A program made the position numbers and the translations under genes. A DNA stretch of 64,000 nt, from NCBI GenBank assembly GCA_052426225.1, contig JBNJNM010000013.1, positions 1,922,001 to 1,986,000 of the forward strand, given 5' to 3'. This stretch comes from Zancudomyces culisetae HAW-14-8 (taxonomy: Eukaryota; Fungi; Kickxellomycota). The notes below the pieces were generated by a model. It made no database searches. It was not told where the DNA came from and saw only the letters and a list, made by a program, of their open reading frames with translations. This document shows positions 22,844-33,700 of this stretch, one piece after another (within the stretch, counting starts at the first letter, position 1; each line of letters opens with the position of its first letter).

Positions 22844-24490
22844 ATGGCATCAACGCAGACGAAAGAAAAGTCCTATGCGCAAACTGCGCAAAGGGGCAGC
22901 TACCAAGCTGCAAGAGGAGGTAGAGCGATGCTCTACCAACAATACTCTATCCTCCACTGGGTCGATGAGAGACCCGATGTAGGGAATATGATTGTTTGCA
23001 GAACCAGAGATGAGCGAAAACTCGCCATCCGAACCAGAAGCATCAACGCAAACTATGATGCAGCAATGGGGGAGATCTCTGATACCCTAAAAGACTTTGA
23101 AGTATCATTCGACCAAGACAGAGAAAGAGGAGTTCTGTTTGTCTGGTTCAAAACAGTGGAAGACGCAGAAGCGGCTAGAAAGATCAAAAAAACTGTGTCA
23201 GGAAAGGAGCTAGATCTGTGGAACACCTTTCAACACACAGAAGTAACGAAGGTGGTGACCATACCATCATTCAAGAACGATGAGATCCATGGATTCGTCG
23301 CAAATCTATACCAAGTAATGAAGCACTATGGCGAGATTGCAGACATTATGGCATTAAGGGTGGCGGGCAACGATCACTTCGTTGTCAACAGCCTAAAGGT
23401 ACTAATAAGGATGCACAAGGGAGCTAAACTGCCTACAACAATAGTGGTAAAGGATGAAAAGATCAATCTGATTTGGGATGGGGCGCCAGCCTCTTGCACA
23501 TACTGCAAGATTGAGGGTCACTGGAAGAGTGAATGCCCTGAACTGACAAAACAAAGAAAAAGAAACAGACCAGACAGGTACAGAGAAATAAAACAAATGA
23601 TAGCAGAAGGCAAAAACCAGATTGAACAAGAGAGACAAAAAGAAATGGAAATGAATAAGGAGTTAGAAATGCAGAATGAACTAGAAAACCAACACGAAAA
23701 AAAAAGACAACAAGAACAGGAAAAACACCAGGAACGGGAAAAGCAGCAAAAAGAAGCCGAAAAGGAAGCGGAAAACGAAGCTGATAATGAAAATGAAAAT
23801 GAGAAGGAAAGGGCAAGCGATAAAGAAAGCTTTGACGACGACTACGAAAGTCGTATGGACGAAGGATACGACTCGGAAGAGGAAAAACAAGAACGAGTAC
23901 AAAATGAAGAGGAAGCACGAAAACAAGCAGAACTGGAGAAAGCAGAAAACATGGAGGTGGAAAATATCATCAACGAAGTTATCTTTAATAACAACATTAG
24001 TAAAAAAAATACAAAAAAACAAAAATTCAAAATACTGAAACAAAGCAGTAAACAAAAACAGATCAAAAAGATCAATAAACAAAAAAAAAATAAGGAAGAC
24101 AATGCAGTCATAAGGCTGGCACAAAAGCTTGCGATGAAGGAAAAAGAAGCAAAAGAAAGAATAGAAAGAGAATCACTTACAGCAGAAGGGGAGACACGAA
24201 TGGAAGCACAGCCACAACAAGAGGAACAAGGGCAAGAACAACAACAGCAACAAATGCAGCAACAAGGACAAGAGAAAGAGCAAGAGCAAGAAAAACAACA
24301 GGAACAGAATCAAGAACAGGAACAAGAACAACAACAGAACCAGCAGGCAAGAACACCACCTGCGCAAACGGTCGACAAAGAAACAGGGGACCTGGAGGGA
24401 CAGGTCAAGGACACCAATAGTAATTCTGGCATACAAGATGAGGAGATGAAGGAAGCACTCCCTTCATCTCCGATAAATGTAATGGATTAA
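22844..24490 (+). CDS. LINE ORF1 (RRM-like region, CCHC zinc knuckle, long Glu/Gln/Lys-rich tail)
   Basis: CTYCKIEGHWKSEC knuckle; LFVWFKTVEDAEAA RNP1-like segment; position upstream of ORF2. Confidence 0.9.
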   Translation: MASTQTKEKSYAQTAQRGSYQAARGGRAMLYQQYSILHWVDERPDVGNMIVCRTRDERKLAIRTRSINANYDAAMGEISDTLKDFEVSFDQDRERGVLFVWFKTVEDAEAARKIKKTVSGKELDLWNTFQHTEVTKVVTIPSFKNDEIHGFVANLYQVMKHYGEIADIMALRVAGNDHFVVNSLKVLIRMHKGAKLPTTIVVKDEKINLIWDGAPASCTYCKIEGHWKSECPELTKQRKRNRPDRYREIKQMIAEGKNQIEQERQKEMEMNKELEMQNELENQHEKKRQQEQEKHQEREKQQKEAEKEAENEADNENENEKERASDKESFDDDYESRMDEGYDSEEEKQERVQNEEEARKQAELEKAENMEVENIINEVIFNNNISKKNTKKQKFKILKQSSKQKQIKKINKQKKNKEDNAVIRLAQKLAMKEKEAKERIERESLTAEGETRMEAQPQQEEQGQEQQQQQMQQQGQEKEQEQEKQQEQNQEQEQEQQQNQQARTPPAQTVDKETGDLEGQVKDTNSNSGIQDEEMKEALPSSPINVMD

Positions 24491-24515
24491 CATCCTATTC
24501 AAGTAACAGAATTAC

Positions 24516-27500
24516 ATGATTATAACAACAACAACACAAACAAAAATAACAACAAATATCATAACTGATAAACTACTGGTACTCAACATACCAGAATTGT
24601 CTCAGAAAACTGTAAAATATTTTTTTTCGTTCATCACAAAAATCGAAAAAAAAAATTTACACGTTAAAAAAATCAAACAGAAAAATAAATCTTACCGCTT
24701 CGAAATTCAAAAAATCGACGGCTCCATGATTCGCATAACCGACCTAAAAAAAAGGGAGTTTGAAAAAAAATTAAAGTGTATATTAAAATTAGAAGAGAAT
24801 AAAAATGAAAGAGAGAAAAATTTAAAAAACGAAAAAACAAAAAATTTATACCAAAAAAAAATTGAAAAAAAAAATGAAAAAATTAACCTAAAAATAATGA
24901 CATACAACGTATGCTCAATAAAAAATAAAAAATATGAATTAGATTATTTTTTAACCAAAGTAAATCCAACCATACTATGCTTGCAGGAGACCCACCTGCA
25001 GGAGAAGTCTGGGAGGATGAACATAAATGGATACACATGTGTAGAGTCAAAAAGGCCGACACTAAAGACGGGTTCTGGTCTTCTAGTGGGGGTAAAAAAA
25101 AATATTGGCTGGCACATAGAGGAGTATAAAAATAATAATACCTGGATGGCTGCCAAAGTACATGGATATACTGAAAAGGAGAATAAAAAACTGGAAGTGA
25201 TGGTAGTAAATGTACACACGCCACACAAACCAAAAGAAAGAACTATGATGAAGAAGGAGGTAGAGGACTTCATCAACAAGGAATACGGTAAAAACAGAGA
25301 AATAAAAATAATACTATGCGGAGACTTCAACATGAGGACGAGCATCGTCACACCATGGTTGAAAAAATTCAGGTGCATAGTCAGGAGAGCCCCAACAAGG
25401 AAACGAAGCGGAACTAGGATAACAAAAAAGCGACTGAAGAACACCATCGATCACATCTTTTATACCCCCACAGTAGGACAATTCGTGACAACAAAACTAC
25501 ACAAAAAAATTGACCTCAGTGATCATCTGGCTATTACAGCTAACTTCACCATTGAGGAAATCAAACCAGAGCAGCAAAAAAAAATTGCCAACCGGAAATT
25601 ATTGGACCAAAAATCAGATTTATTTAGAAATCACAACAAATTTTCAATTTTGACATCTCTTAACGAAACTGACGAACTAATCAGTGAAACCGTTAATGAG
25701 ACTAAAAAATTGATGGATAAGATATCTGAAAAAAATAATCCAAACCCAAAAAATAATGAGAAATTGGCCGAAAAAAATTCCGAAGCCAAAAAAAAACAAT
25801 ATTTCTTGAGCAAAAAAACTCGAAAAATGATAATACTTCGCTGTAAACTGTTCAAAAAAATGCTCAGAGCCCGTGATGAACACGAGAAAGAGCTTTTCTA
25901 TAATGACTTCGTTCAAATGAAATCTAAAACTTCAAAGCTAATAAAAAGGGATCAAAAACTACAGAAAAAAAAGGAGTTAGTTAAACTATGTGAACACATC
26001 AAAAGTAACGATTCCAAGACGATGTGGAGATGGTTAAAAATGAGAGCTCTAAATAAAAAATCTGTGTTTAATAACGGAGGAGTTCTGGATGAATCAGGAA
26101 GTGAGATAACTGAGGAATCAGAGAAACTCAAAGTTTGGATAAAACATTTTTATAAATTATCAAAAAACGACAATAGCAACGCAAACACAATTCCAGAAGA
26201 ACTGGACGAGGAAATGGATTATTATAAAGAATGCGACGAAGAACCAACATGGACAGAAATTAAAGAAGCGCTAAAAGAAACTCCGAGAAACAAAGCAGCG
26301 GGTGAAGATGGCATTCCGAGCGAAATCTGGAAATTTATACAGAGCGATGAAGATCCAGACTCGGAATTAGCTTTACTTTTATTGACAGTAATAAAAAGGT
26401 TCTGGACTAATCCAAAATTGAACTGTGAAAATAACACCAGTGTTATTGTACCAATTTTCAAAAAAGGAAATACAAAAGATCCAAATAATTACAGAGGAAT
26501 TTCTTTAATCCCAACAATAACCAAACTAATTGCTAAGTTAGTTGCTAACAAACTTAGACTTATAGATAATAGGTATATCCTACTAGCAAAAGAGCAAGCG
26601 GGATTCAGGACACTGGAGGAATGCGTAGCTCAAGCTACAGCTCTATACGAAATTATAAAAAGGCGAAAAATCAATAATACAAAAACCATAATTTGTTTTA
26701 TTGATTTTGAAAAAGCCTACGACAAAGTGCAACACAATTTATTATTCAAAAAATTAAAAATGAACAAAATTAATGGAAAATTACTGGCAGCAATTAAAGA
26801 ACTCTATAATAACGCTAAAATAAAAGTAAGGGTAGGAAATGGATTATCGGAGGCGATGAACTTCGAAAGAGGTGTTCGCCAAGGATGCCCAGCCTCACCA
26901 ATGCTTTTTGATATTTTTATTAATGATATATTTGAAGGAATGGAGGGAATAGAAGTACCAGGAATTCAAGAAAAAATTCCGGGACTACTATTTGCAGACG
27001 ATACAGTTTTATTGTCAGACACTCCAGAACAGATGCAAGAAGCACTTAACACAATGCAGCAATGGTGTCAGAAGTGGGACATGAAGGTGAATGCTAGCAA
27101 GAGTGCAATTATGACAGTTGAAGCAGTGAATAGAACAAGTGACGAAAACAACAATAATATTGAAATTACGATTCCAGAATACTTTTTGGGAAGTGCAAAA
27201 GTACCAGAAGTAGATGAATATAAATACTTGGGTGTTATATTCAATAAATATTGGAATAACAAGCTACACATACAGGAGAGGAAAGAAAAAGTACAAAGAG
27301 CAACCATGAGCAACTACTATCTACTCAAAGACAGAAATACACCGCTGTTGATGAAAAAGATGGTAATTAGGTCGATAGTCATTGCGGTCGCTGGGTATGG
27401 AGGTGAAATGTTCGGCATGTCTGAAGCAAGGGTAAAACCGATACAGCAAGCTGTGGACAACACATTAAGAATAGCCATGGGAGTGGGCAGATCGACATGC

Positions 27501-28343
27501 ATGAGGAGATTGCGAGAAGAATTAAATATAACAGATATTTACAGTAGAACGACCAGAGCTAGAGACAGAGCATTCCACAAATGGAGTGGCATGAAAACAT
27601 GGATAGCGGATTTAATACAGAACCCCTTCAAACACTCGAAGGACACTTGGGTCACAGGGTACACAAGATGGTCTAACAGATTCAACAGGATCAAGATTGA
27701 TAATGTACCAACCGGAGAGGTAAGAAAAACCAAAGAGACACTCGAGATAAACAACAGGCTGAAAGACAAGTCGAATATTACAAAGTGGATAAAGGAAGTT
27801 GGAGCAGGCCGACAAAGGAATTGGGTCGACTTACAAGCGGCCTTTCCACAGTACATGAAACACATTCTTTTCGTAGGTCGAATTCGAATAGGTCAATTTT
27901 GGACCGCCACGAGATTAGCAAATTCGGGTTTTATAGATCCAGATTACAAAGCCAAATGTCCGTTCTGTAAGAAAGAAGAAAAAGAAACAGTTGAGCATTA
28001 CTTACTAGATTGCAGCAGATGGGACGAGATTAGGAAGGATTTACTTACTGAATTTATAGATTTTTATAGTTCTTTTTTATCTAGCACGATTTCCGAGTGT
28101 GTTGAGCTTCGCAGGAAAATCGTGGGTAAACTCCTGGGGGAGGAGTTAAAGCTCAAACTACCTGGGATTCTTCGGGATCCAGACGCCACTTGCGTTAGAG
28201 CAGTGGTTTCCACAGCCCGGTTTCTTAACGAGACCTTTTTACCTCGCTACCTAGTGTTGAAAGACATTAGTGTAGTCCCACTCCCCTTGAACCAATGCCC
28301 ATCGGGTACGGAGACTCTAGAGAGTCGAAGGGGAATAGGATGA
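24516..28343 (+). CDS. LINE ORF2 (APE endonuclease, reverse transcriptase, C-terminal CCHC)
   Basis: TYNV, LQETH, GDFN, IDHIF, SDH (APE); YRGISL, QAGFR, IDFEKAYD, GVRQGCPASP, LFADD (RT); CPFC..ETVEHYLLDC. Confidence 0.97.
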   Translation: MIITTTTQTKITTNIITDKLLVLNIPELSQKTVKYFFSFITKIEKKNLHVKKIKQKNKSYRFEIQKIDGSMIRITDLKKREFEKKLKCILKLEENKNEREKNLKNEKTKNLYQKKIEKKNEKINLKIMTYNVCSIKNKKYELDYFLTKVNPTILCLQETHLQEKSGRMNINGYTCVESKRPTLKTGSGLLVGVKKNIGWHIEEYKNNNTWMAAKVHGYTEKENKKLEVMVVNVHTPHKPKERTMMKKEVEDFINKEYGKNREIKIILCGDFNMRTSIVTPWLKKFRCIVRRAPTRKRSGTRITKKRLKNTIDHIFYTPTVGQFVTTKLHKKIDLSDHLAITANFTIEEIKPEQQKKIANRKLLDQKSDLFRNHNKFSILTSLNETDELISETVNETKKLMDKISEKNNPNPKNNEKLAEKNSEAKKKQYFLSKKTRKMIILRCKLFKKMLRARDEHEKELFYNDFVQMKSKTSKLIKRDQKLQKKKELVKLCEHIKSNDSKTMWRWLKMRALNKKSVFNNGGVLDESGSEITEESEKLKVWIKHFYKLSKNDNSNANTIPEELDEEMDYYKECDEEPTWTEIKEALKETPRNKAAGEDGIPSEIWKFIQSDEDPDSELALLLLTVIKRFWTNPKLNCENNTSVIVPIFKKGNTKDPNNYRGISLIPTITKLIAKLVANKLRLIDNRYILLAKEQAGFRTLEECVAQATALYEIIKRRKINNTKTIICFIDFEKAYDKVQHNLLFKKLKMNKINGKLLAAIKELYNNAKIKVRVGNGLSEAMNFERGVRQGCPASPMLFDIFINDIFEGMEGIEVPGIQEKIPGLLFADDTVLLSDTPEQMQEALNTMQQWCQKWDMKVNASKSAIMTVEAVNRTSDENNNNIEITIPEYFLGSAKVPEVDEYKYLGVIFNKYWNNKLHIQERKEKVQRATMSNYYLLKDRNTPLLMKKMVIRSIVIAVAGYGGEMFGMSEARVKPIQQAVDNTLRIAMGVGRSTCMRRLREELNITDIYSRTTRARDRAFHKWSGMKTWIADLIQNPFKHSKDTWVTGYTRWSNRFNRIKIDNVPTGEVRKTKETLEINNRLKDKSNITKWIKEVGAGRQRNWVDLQAAFPQYMKHILFVGRIRIGQFWTATRLANSGFIDPDYKAKCPFCKKEEKETVEHYLLDCSRWDEIRKDLLTEFIDFYSSFLSSTISECVELRRKIVGKLLGEELKLKLPGILRDPDATCVRAVVSTARFLNETFLPRYLVLKDISVVPLPLNQCPSGTETLESRRGIG

Positions 28344-28431
28344 GTTTAGAATATAGATTGTTTTTATTTTTTTTAGGGACTGTTTATTTTCTAAATAAAT
28401 TTTTTTTTCTACCGAAAAAAAAAAAAAAAAA

Positions 28432-29330
28432 ATAACAGATATTTATAGTAGAACGACCAGAGCTAGAGACAGAGCATTCCACAAATGGAGTGGCATGAAA
28501 ACATGGATAGCAGATTTAATACAGAACCCCTTCAAACACTCGAAGGACACTTGGGTCACAGGGTACACAAGGTGGTCTAACAGATTCAACAGGATCAAGA
28601 TTGATAATGTACCAACCGGAGAGGTAAGAAAAACCAAAGAGACACTCGAGATAAACAACAGGCTGAAAGACAAGTCGAATATTACAAAGTGGATAAAGGA
28701 AGTTGGAGCAGGCCGACAAAGGAATTGGGTCGACTTACAAGCGGCCTTTCCACAGTACATGAAACACATTCTTTTCGTAGGTCGAATTCGAATAGGTCAA
28801 TTTTGGACCGCCACGAGATTAGCAAATTCGGGTTTTATAGATCCAGATTACAAAGCCAAATGTCCGTTCTGTAAGAAAGAAGAAAAAGAAACAGTTGAAC
28901 ATTACCTATTAGATTGCAGCAGATGGGACGAAATTAGGAAGGATTTACTTACTGAATTTATAGATTTTTATAGTTCTTTTTTATCTAGCACGATTTCCGA
29001 GTGTGTTGAGCTTCGCAGGAAAATCGTGGGTAAACTCCTGGGGGAGGAGTTAAAGCTCAAACTACCTGGGATTCTTCGGGATCCAAACGCCACTTGCGTT
29101 AGAGCAGTGGTTTCCACAGCCCGGTTTCTTAACGAGACCTTTTTACCTCGCTACCTAGCGTTGAAAGACATTAGTGTAGTCCCACTCCCCTTGAACCAAT
29201 GCCCATCGGGTACGGAGACTCTAGAGAGTCGAAGGGGAATAGGATGAGTTTAGATTATAGATTGTTTTTATTTTTAGGAACTTTTTATTTTCTAAATAAA
29301 TTTTTTCTCTACCGAAAAAAAAAAAAAAAA
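28432..29330 (+). mobile_element. Truncated LINE copy C (3' 0.9 kb plus poly(A))
   Basis: Near-identical to the 3' end of copy B, with its own SNPs. Confidence 0.95.
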
Positions 29331-30172
29331 TTAAATATAACAGATATTTACAGTAGAACGACCAGAGCTAGAGACAGAGCATTCCACAAATGGAGTGGCA
29401 TGAAAACATGGATAGCAGATTTAATACAGAACCCCTTCAAACACTCGAAGGACACTTGGGTCACAGGGTACACAAGGTGGTCTAACAGATTCAACAGGAT
29501 CAAGATTGATAATGTACCAACCGGAGAGGTAAGAAAAACCAAAGAGACACTCGAGATAAACAACAGGCTGAAAGACAAGTCGAATATTACAAAGTGGATA
29601 AAGGAAGTTGGAGCAGGCCGACAAAGGAATTGGGTCGACTTACAAGCGGCCTTTCCACAGTACATGAAACACATTCTTTTCGTAGGTCGAATTCGAATAG
29701 GTCAATTTTGGACCGCCACGAGATTAGCAAATTCGGGTTTTATAGATCCAGATTACAAAGCCAAATGTCCGTTCTGTAAGAAAGAAGAAAAACAAACAGT
29801 GGAGCATTACTTACTAGATTGCAGCAGATGGGACGAGATTAGGAAGGATTTACTTACTGAATTTATAGATTTTTATAGTTCTTTTTTATCTAGCACGATT
29901 TCCGAGTGTGTTGAGCTTCGCAGGAAAATCGTGGGTAAACTCCTGGGGGAGGAGTTAAAGCTCAAACTACCTGGGATTCTTCGGGATCCAGACGCCACTT
30001 GCGTTAGAGCAGTGGTTTCCACAGCCCGGTTTCTTAACGAGACCTTTTTACCTCGCTACCTAGTGTTGAAAGACATTAGTGTAGTCCCACTCCCCTTGAA
30101 CCAATGCCCATCGGGTACGGAGACTCTAGAGAGTCGAAGGGGAATAGGATGAGGTCTACCGAAAAAAAAAAA
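29331..30172 (+). mobile_element. Truncated LINE copy D, with a 3'-UTR deletion
   Basis: Near-identical to the 3' end of B; ends GGATGAGGTCTACCG(A)11 and lacks about 60-65 nt of 3' UTR. Confidence 0.95.
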
Positions 30173-30745
30173 TATTAATGGAGGGAAAAGCGAGAGGATT
30201 ACTTACTCATTTATGTAGTAGACTAAAAGTTACACAAGACAAAGTACACGAATGTGCAATAGTTTAGATAAATATATGGTGTTTATTTAATCCATATGTT
30301 CAAAACTAAACGAAAAAAATCAGATGATAGGAAATTAGTGTTTCATGATGAATTGAATAGAAAGTAGTATAGCGTATGTATAGGTCCTAATATAGCAGGG
30401 TGCAACAAAAGGAAATAATAATTTTCTTTGTACATATTACTATTTAAAGGTATTAAGTTGTTTTTCGAGTATAGATATAGTAAAGTCTTTGGGCAGCATT
30501 GATATAACCACATACTTGCCTGGTATTGGCGTTTCCAATCCCTAAAAATTAGTGAGTATGGATGAACTGCTGGAAATCCAGTTGTAACCCATGGTACTAT
30601 GACATGAGTAGTTGTGGTATAGTGACCAAATATTCGTATTTACATTTTGGGTTTATATCAACAGTACATCCTTTTCATAAATTTTATTGAGAGTGGCTAT
30701 GGGTTATCTAATCCTTGCCATCTAAGACAGCACCATCACATCTAT

Positions 30746-33700
30746 TTATTGAACATTGTATTTTGGTGGTGAGCTCATGTAGTAGGGGTTGGTGGGGGTT
30801 CTTGTTGAGTAGATTCCTCCTCCTCCTCCTGATGATACAGTTGTGGTTATGGTTATTGTTCCGTTGCTTGTAACTGTGGTTGTTGAAGTGTAGGTCTTTG
30901 TATCGGTTATGGAGAGTGTTGCAGTGTTAGTTACAGTGGCGGTGTTGGTGACTGTGTCGATGGATGTGTATGTTGTTGTATCTGTTACTGTGGAGAAGCT
31001 GGTATTTGTATCTGTAACGGTTTGAGTTTGGGTTTGGGTTTGGGTTTGGGTGTCAGTGTTGGTAATTGTTGCGGTGTTGGTAACAGTGTATGTCTGGGAG
31101 TTGGTTACAGTGGCAGTGTCAGTTACGGTAGCAGTGGCAGTGTTGGTAACGGTGTATGTCTGAGAGTTGGTTACAGTGGCAGTGTCAGTTACAGTGGCAG
31201 TGTTGGTGACTGTTGCGGTGTATGTCTGAGTATCAGTGAAAGTGATTGTGAAGGTCTTTGAATCTATTACAGTGGTGCTGGTTGTTATGGTGTCAAAGTT
31301 GGTAACTGTTGCAGTGTATGTCTGGGTGTTGGTTACAGTGTTAGTGATTGTTTGGGTTCCGAAAGATGTGGTGGTGTCAGTAACAGTTGCAGTGTATGTC
31401 TTTGTTTCTGTTTGGGTTTGGGTTTGGGTGTTAGTGACAGTGTTTGTAACAGTCTGGGTTCCGAATGATGTGGTGGTGTTGGTAACAGTGTTTGTAACTG
31501 TTTGAGTTCCGAATGATGTAGTGGTGTTGGTGACAGTGTTGGTGACGGTGTTGGTGAAGTTGCTGGTAACGGTTTGAGTCTGTGTCTTTACTTCTGTCTT
31601 TGTATCAGTCTTGGTTTGAGTCTGAGTGTTGGTGACGGTGTTGGTGACAGTGTTGGTAACAGTGTTTGTGAAGTTGCTTGTAACGGTTTGAGTCTGTGTC
31701 TTTACTTCAGTCTTTGTATCAGTCTTGGTTTGAGTTTGAGTTTGAGTGTATGTCTTTACTTCAGTCTTGGTTTCAGTCTTGGTTTGAGTTTGAGTGTTGG
31801 TGACAGTGTTGGTTACAGTGTTGGTGACGGTGTTGGTGAAGTTGCTGGTAACGGTTTGAGTCTGTGTCTTTATTTCTGTCTTTGTATCAGTCTTGGTTTG
31901 AGTTTGAGTGTTGGTGACGGTGTTGGTGACAGTGTTGGTAACAGTGTTGGTGAAGTTGCTTGTAACGGTTTGAGTCTGTGTCTTTATTTCTGTCTTTGTA
32001 TCAGTCTTGGTTTGAGTTTGAGTTTTTATTTCAGTCTTGGTTTGAGTTTGAGTGTTTGTGACGGTGTTGGTGAAGTTGCTTGTAACGGTTTGGGTCTGTG
32101 TCTTTACTTCTGTCTTTATATCAGTCTTGGTTTGAGTTTGAGTTTTTGTTTCAGTCTTGGTTTGAGTTTGAGTGTTGGTTACAGTGTTGGTTACAGTGTT
32201 GGTGACGGTGTTGGTGAAGTTGCTTGTAACGGTTTGAGTCTGTGTCTTTACTTCTGTCTTTGTATCAGTCTTGGTTTGAGTTTGGGTGTTGGTGACAGTG
32301 TTTGTAACAGTGTTAGTGACTGTTTGAGTTCCGAAGGATGTGGTAGTGTTGGTGACTGTTGCAGTGTATGTCTTTGTTTCAGTCTTGGTTTGGGTTTGGG
32401 TGTTTGTGACAGTGTTTGTGACAGTCTTGGTTCCAAATGATGTAGTGGTGTTGGTGACAGTGTTGGTGACAGTGTTTGTAACAGTCTGGGTTCCGAATGA
32501 TGTAGTGGTGTTAGTGACAGTGTTTGTAACTGTTTTGGTTCCAAATGATGTAGTGGTGTTTGTAACAGTGTTAGTGACAGTTTGAGTTCCGAAGGATGTG
32601 GTAGTGTTGGTTACAGTGTTTGTAACAGTGTTTGTGACTGTTTGGGTTCCGAATGATGTAGTGGTGTTGGTTACAGTGTTGGTCACAGTTTGAGTTCCGA
32701 ATGATGTAGTGGTGTTGGTTACAGTGTTTGTAACTGTTTGAGTTCCGAATGATGTAGTGACGTCTGTGATTGTGTTGGTTACAGTGTTTGTGACTGTTTG
32801 GGTTCCGAAGGATGTGATAGTGTCAGTAACTGTTGCGGTGTATGTCTTGATTTCAGTTTCAGTTTGAGTTTGAGTGTTGGTTACGGTGGCGGTGGCAGTT
32901 GCAGTTTCGATTTCGGTGCTGATAACTGTGGATACAATTGTGGTGTTGGAGTATGAGGTGATTATGTTTGTGAGTGTGCTTGTTGATACACTAACGGAAA
33001 CAGATGTTGATGTGATTGTGTTGTTGATGTATGATGTGAATGTGCTGGTTACAGTAGCAATTTCAGAGTCGGTAACAGTTGATGTACTAATGCTAACAAG
33101 TGTGCTGGTCTCTGTGTTGACAACAGTTTCTGTGATTGTATTATTGTTGAAAGATGTAACAGTATCAGTAACAGTAGCAGTTGTTGTAGAGATGGATGTT
33201 TCTGTGTCAACTACAGTCTTTGTAATAGTGTTATTATTGAAAGATGTAACAGTATCAGTGACAGTTGCTGTGTATGTGGATATAGCCTCAGAGATAGATA
33301 CGGAAATAGATACGGAGACAGATACAGATACAGATACAGATACAGATGTTTCTATGTCAGTTACTGTTTGTGTAACGGTGTTATCGACAACTGATGTGCT
33401 GATGCTTGTTTGGATGCTTACTTCAGTGCTAACTGAAGTGTAAGTTGAGGTAACAGTGTTATCGACAACTGATGTGCTGATGCTTGTTTGGATGCTTATC
33501 TCAGTGCTAACTGAAGTGTAAGTTGAGATAGATGTAGAGATAGATGTAGAGGTAGATGTAACAGTGTTAGTGACTGTGACGGTCTTTTCTCCGCTGTTGG
33601 TTGTACCATAAACTCCACTACCATGGTTTCCATATCCACTAGTCGAATATCCACTATTTCCGCTTCCATTGTAAGCTGGTTGTTGTGAAGTGTATGAATT

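Larger units (their letters stand above)
22419..28431 (+). mobile_element. Full-length, apparently intact APE-type non-LTR retrotransposon (copy B, about 6.0 kb)
   Basis: 425-nt A-rich 5' UTR, uninterrupted ORF1 and ORF2, short 3' UTR, poly(A); 14-bp TSD ATAACAGATATTTA at 22405-22418 and 28432-28445. Confidence 0.96.

Noticed and set aside
29199-30152. 317 aa ORF spanning LINE copies C and D
   Set aside because: Accidental read-through across the 3' UTR and poly(A) junction (KKKKKK); not an independent gene.
21283-30172. LINE tandem copies as an assembly artefact or LTR-like terminal repeats
   Set aside because: Each copy has private SNPs and its own poly(A), two have clean TSDs, and ORF2 has an APE domain with no integrase or protease.
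31022-33443. Long plus-strand ORFs (SLCLYF and VTV repeats)
   Set aside because: Antisense shadows of the Thr-rich repeat gene.
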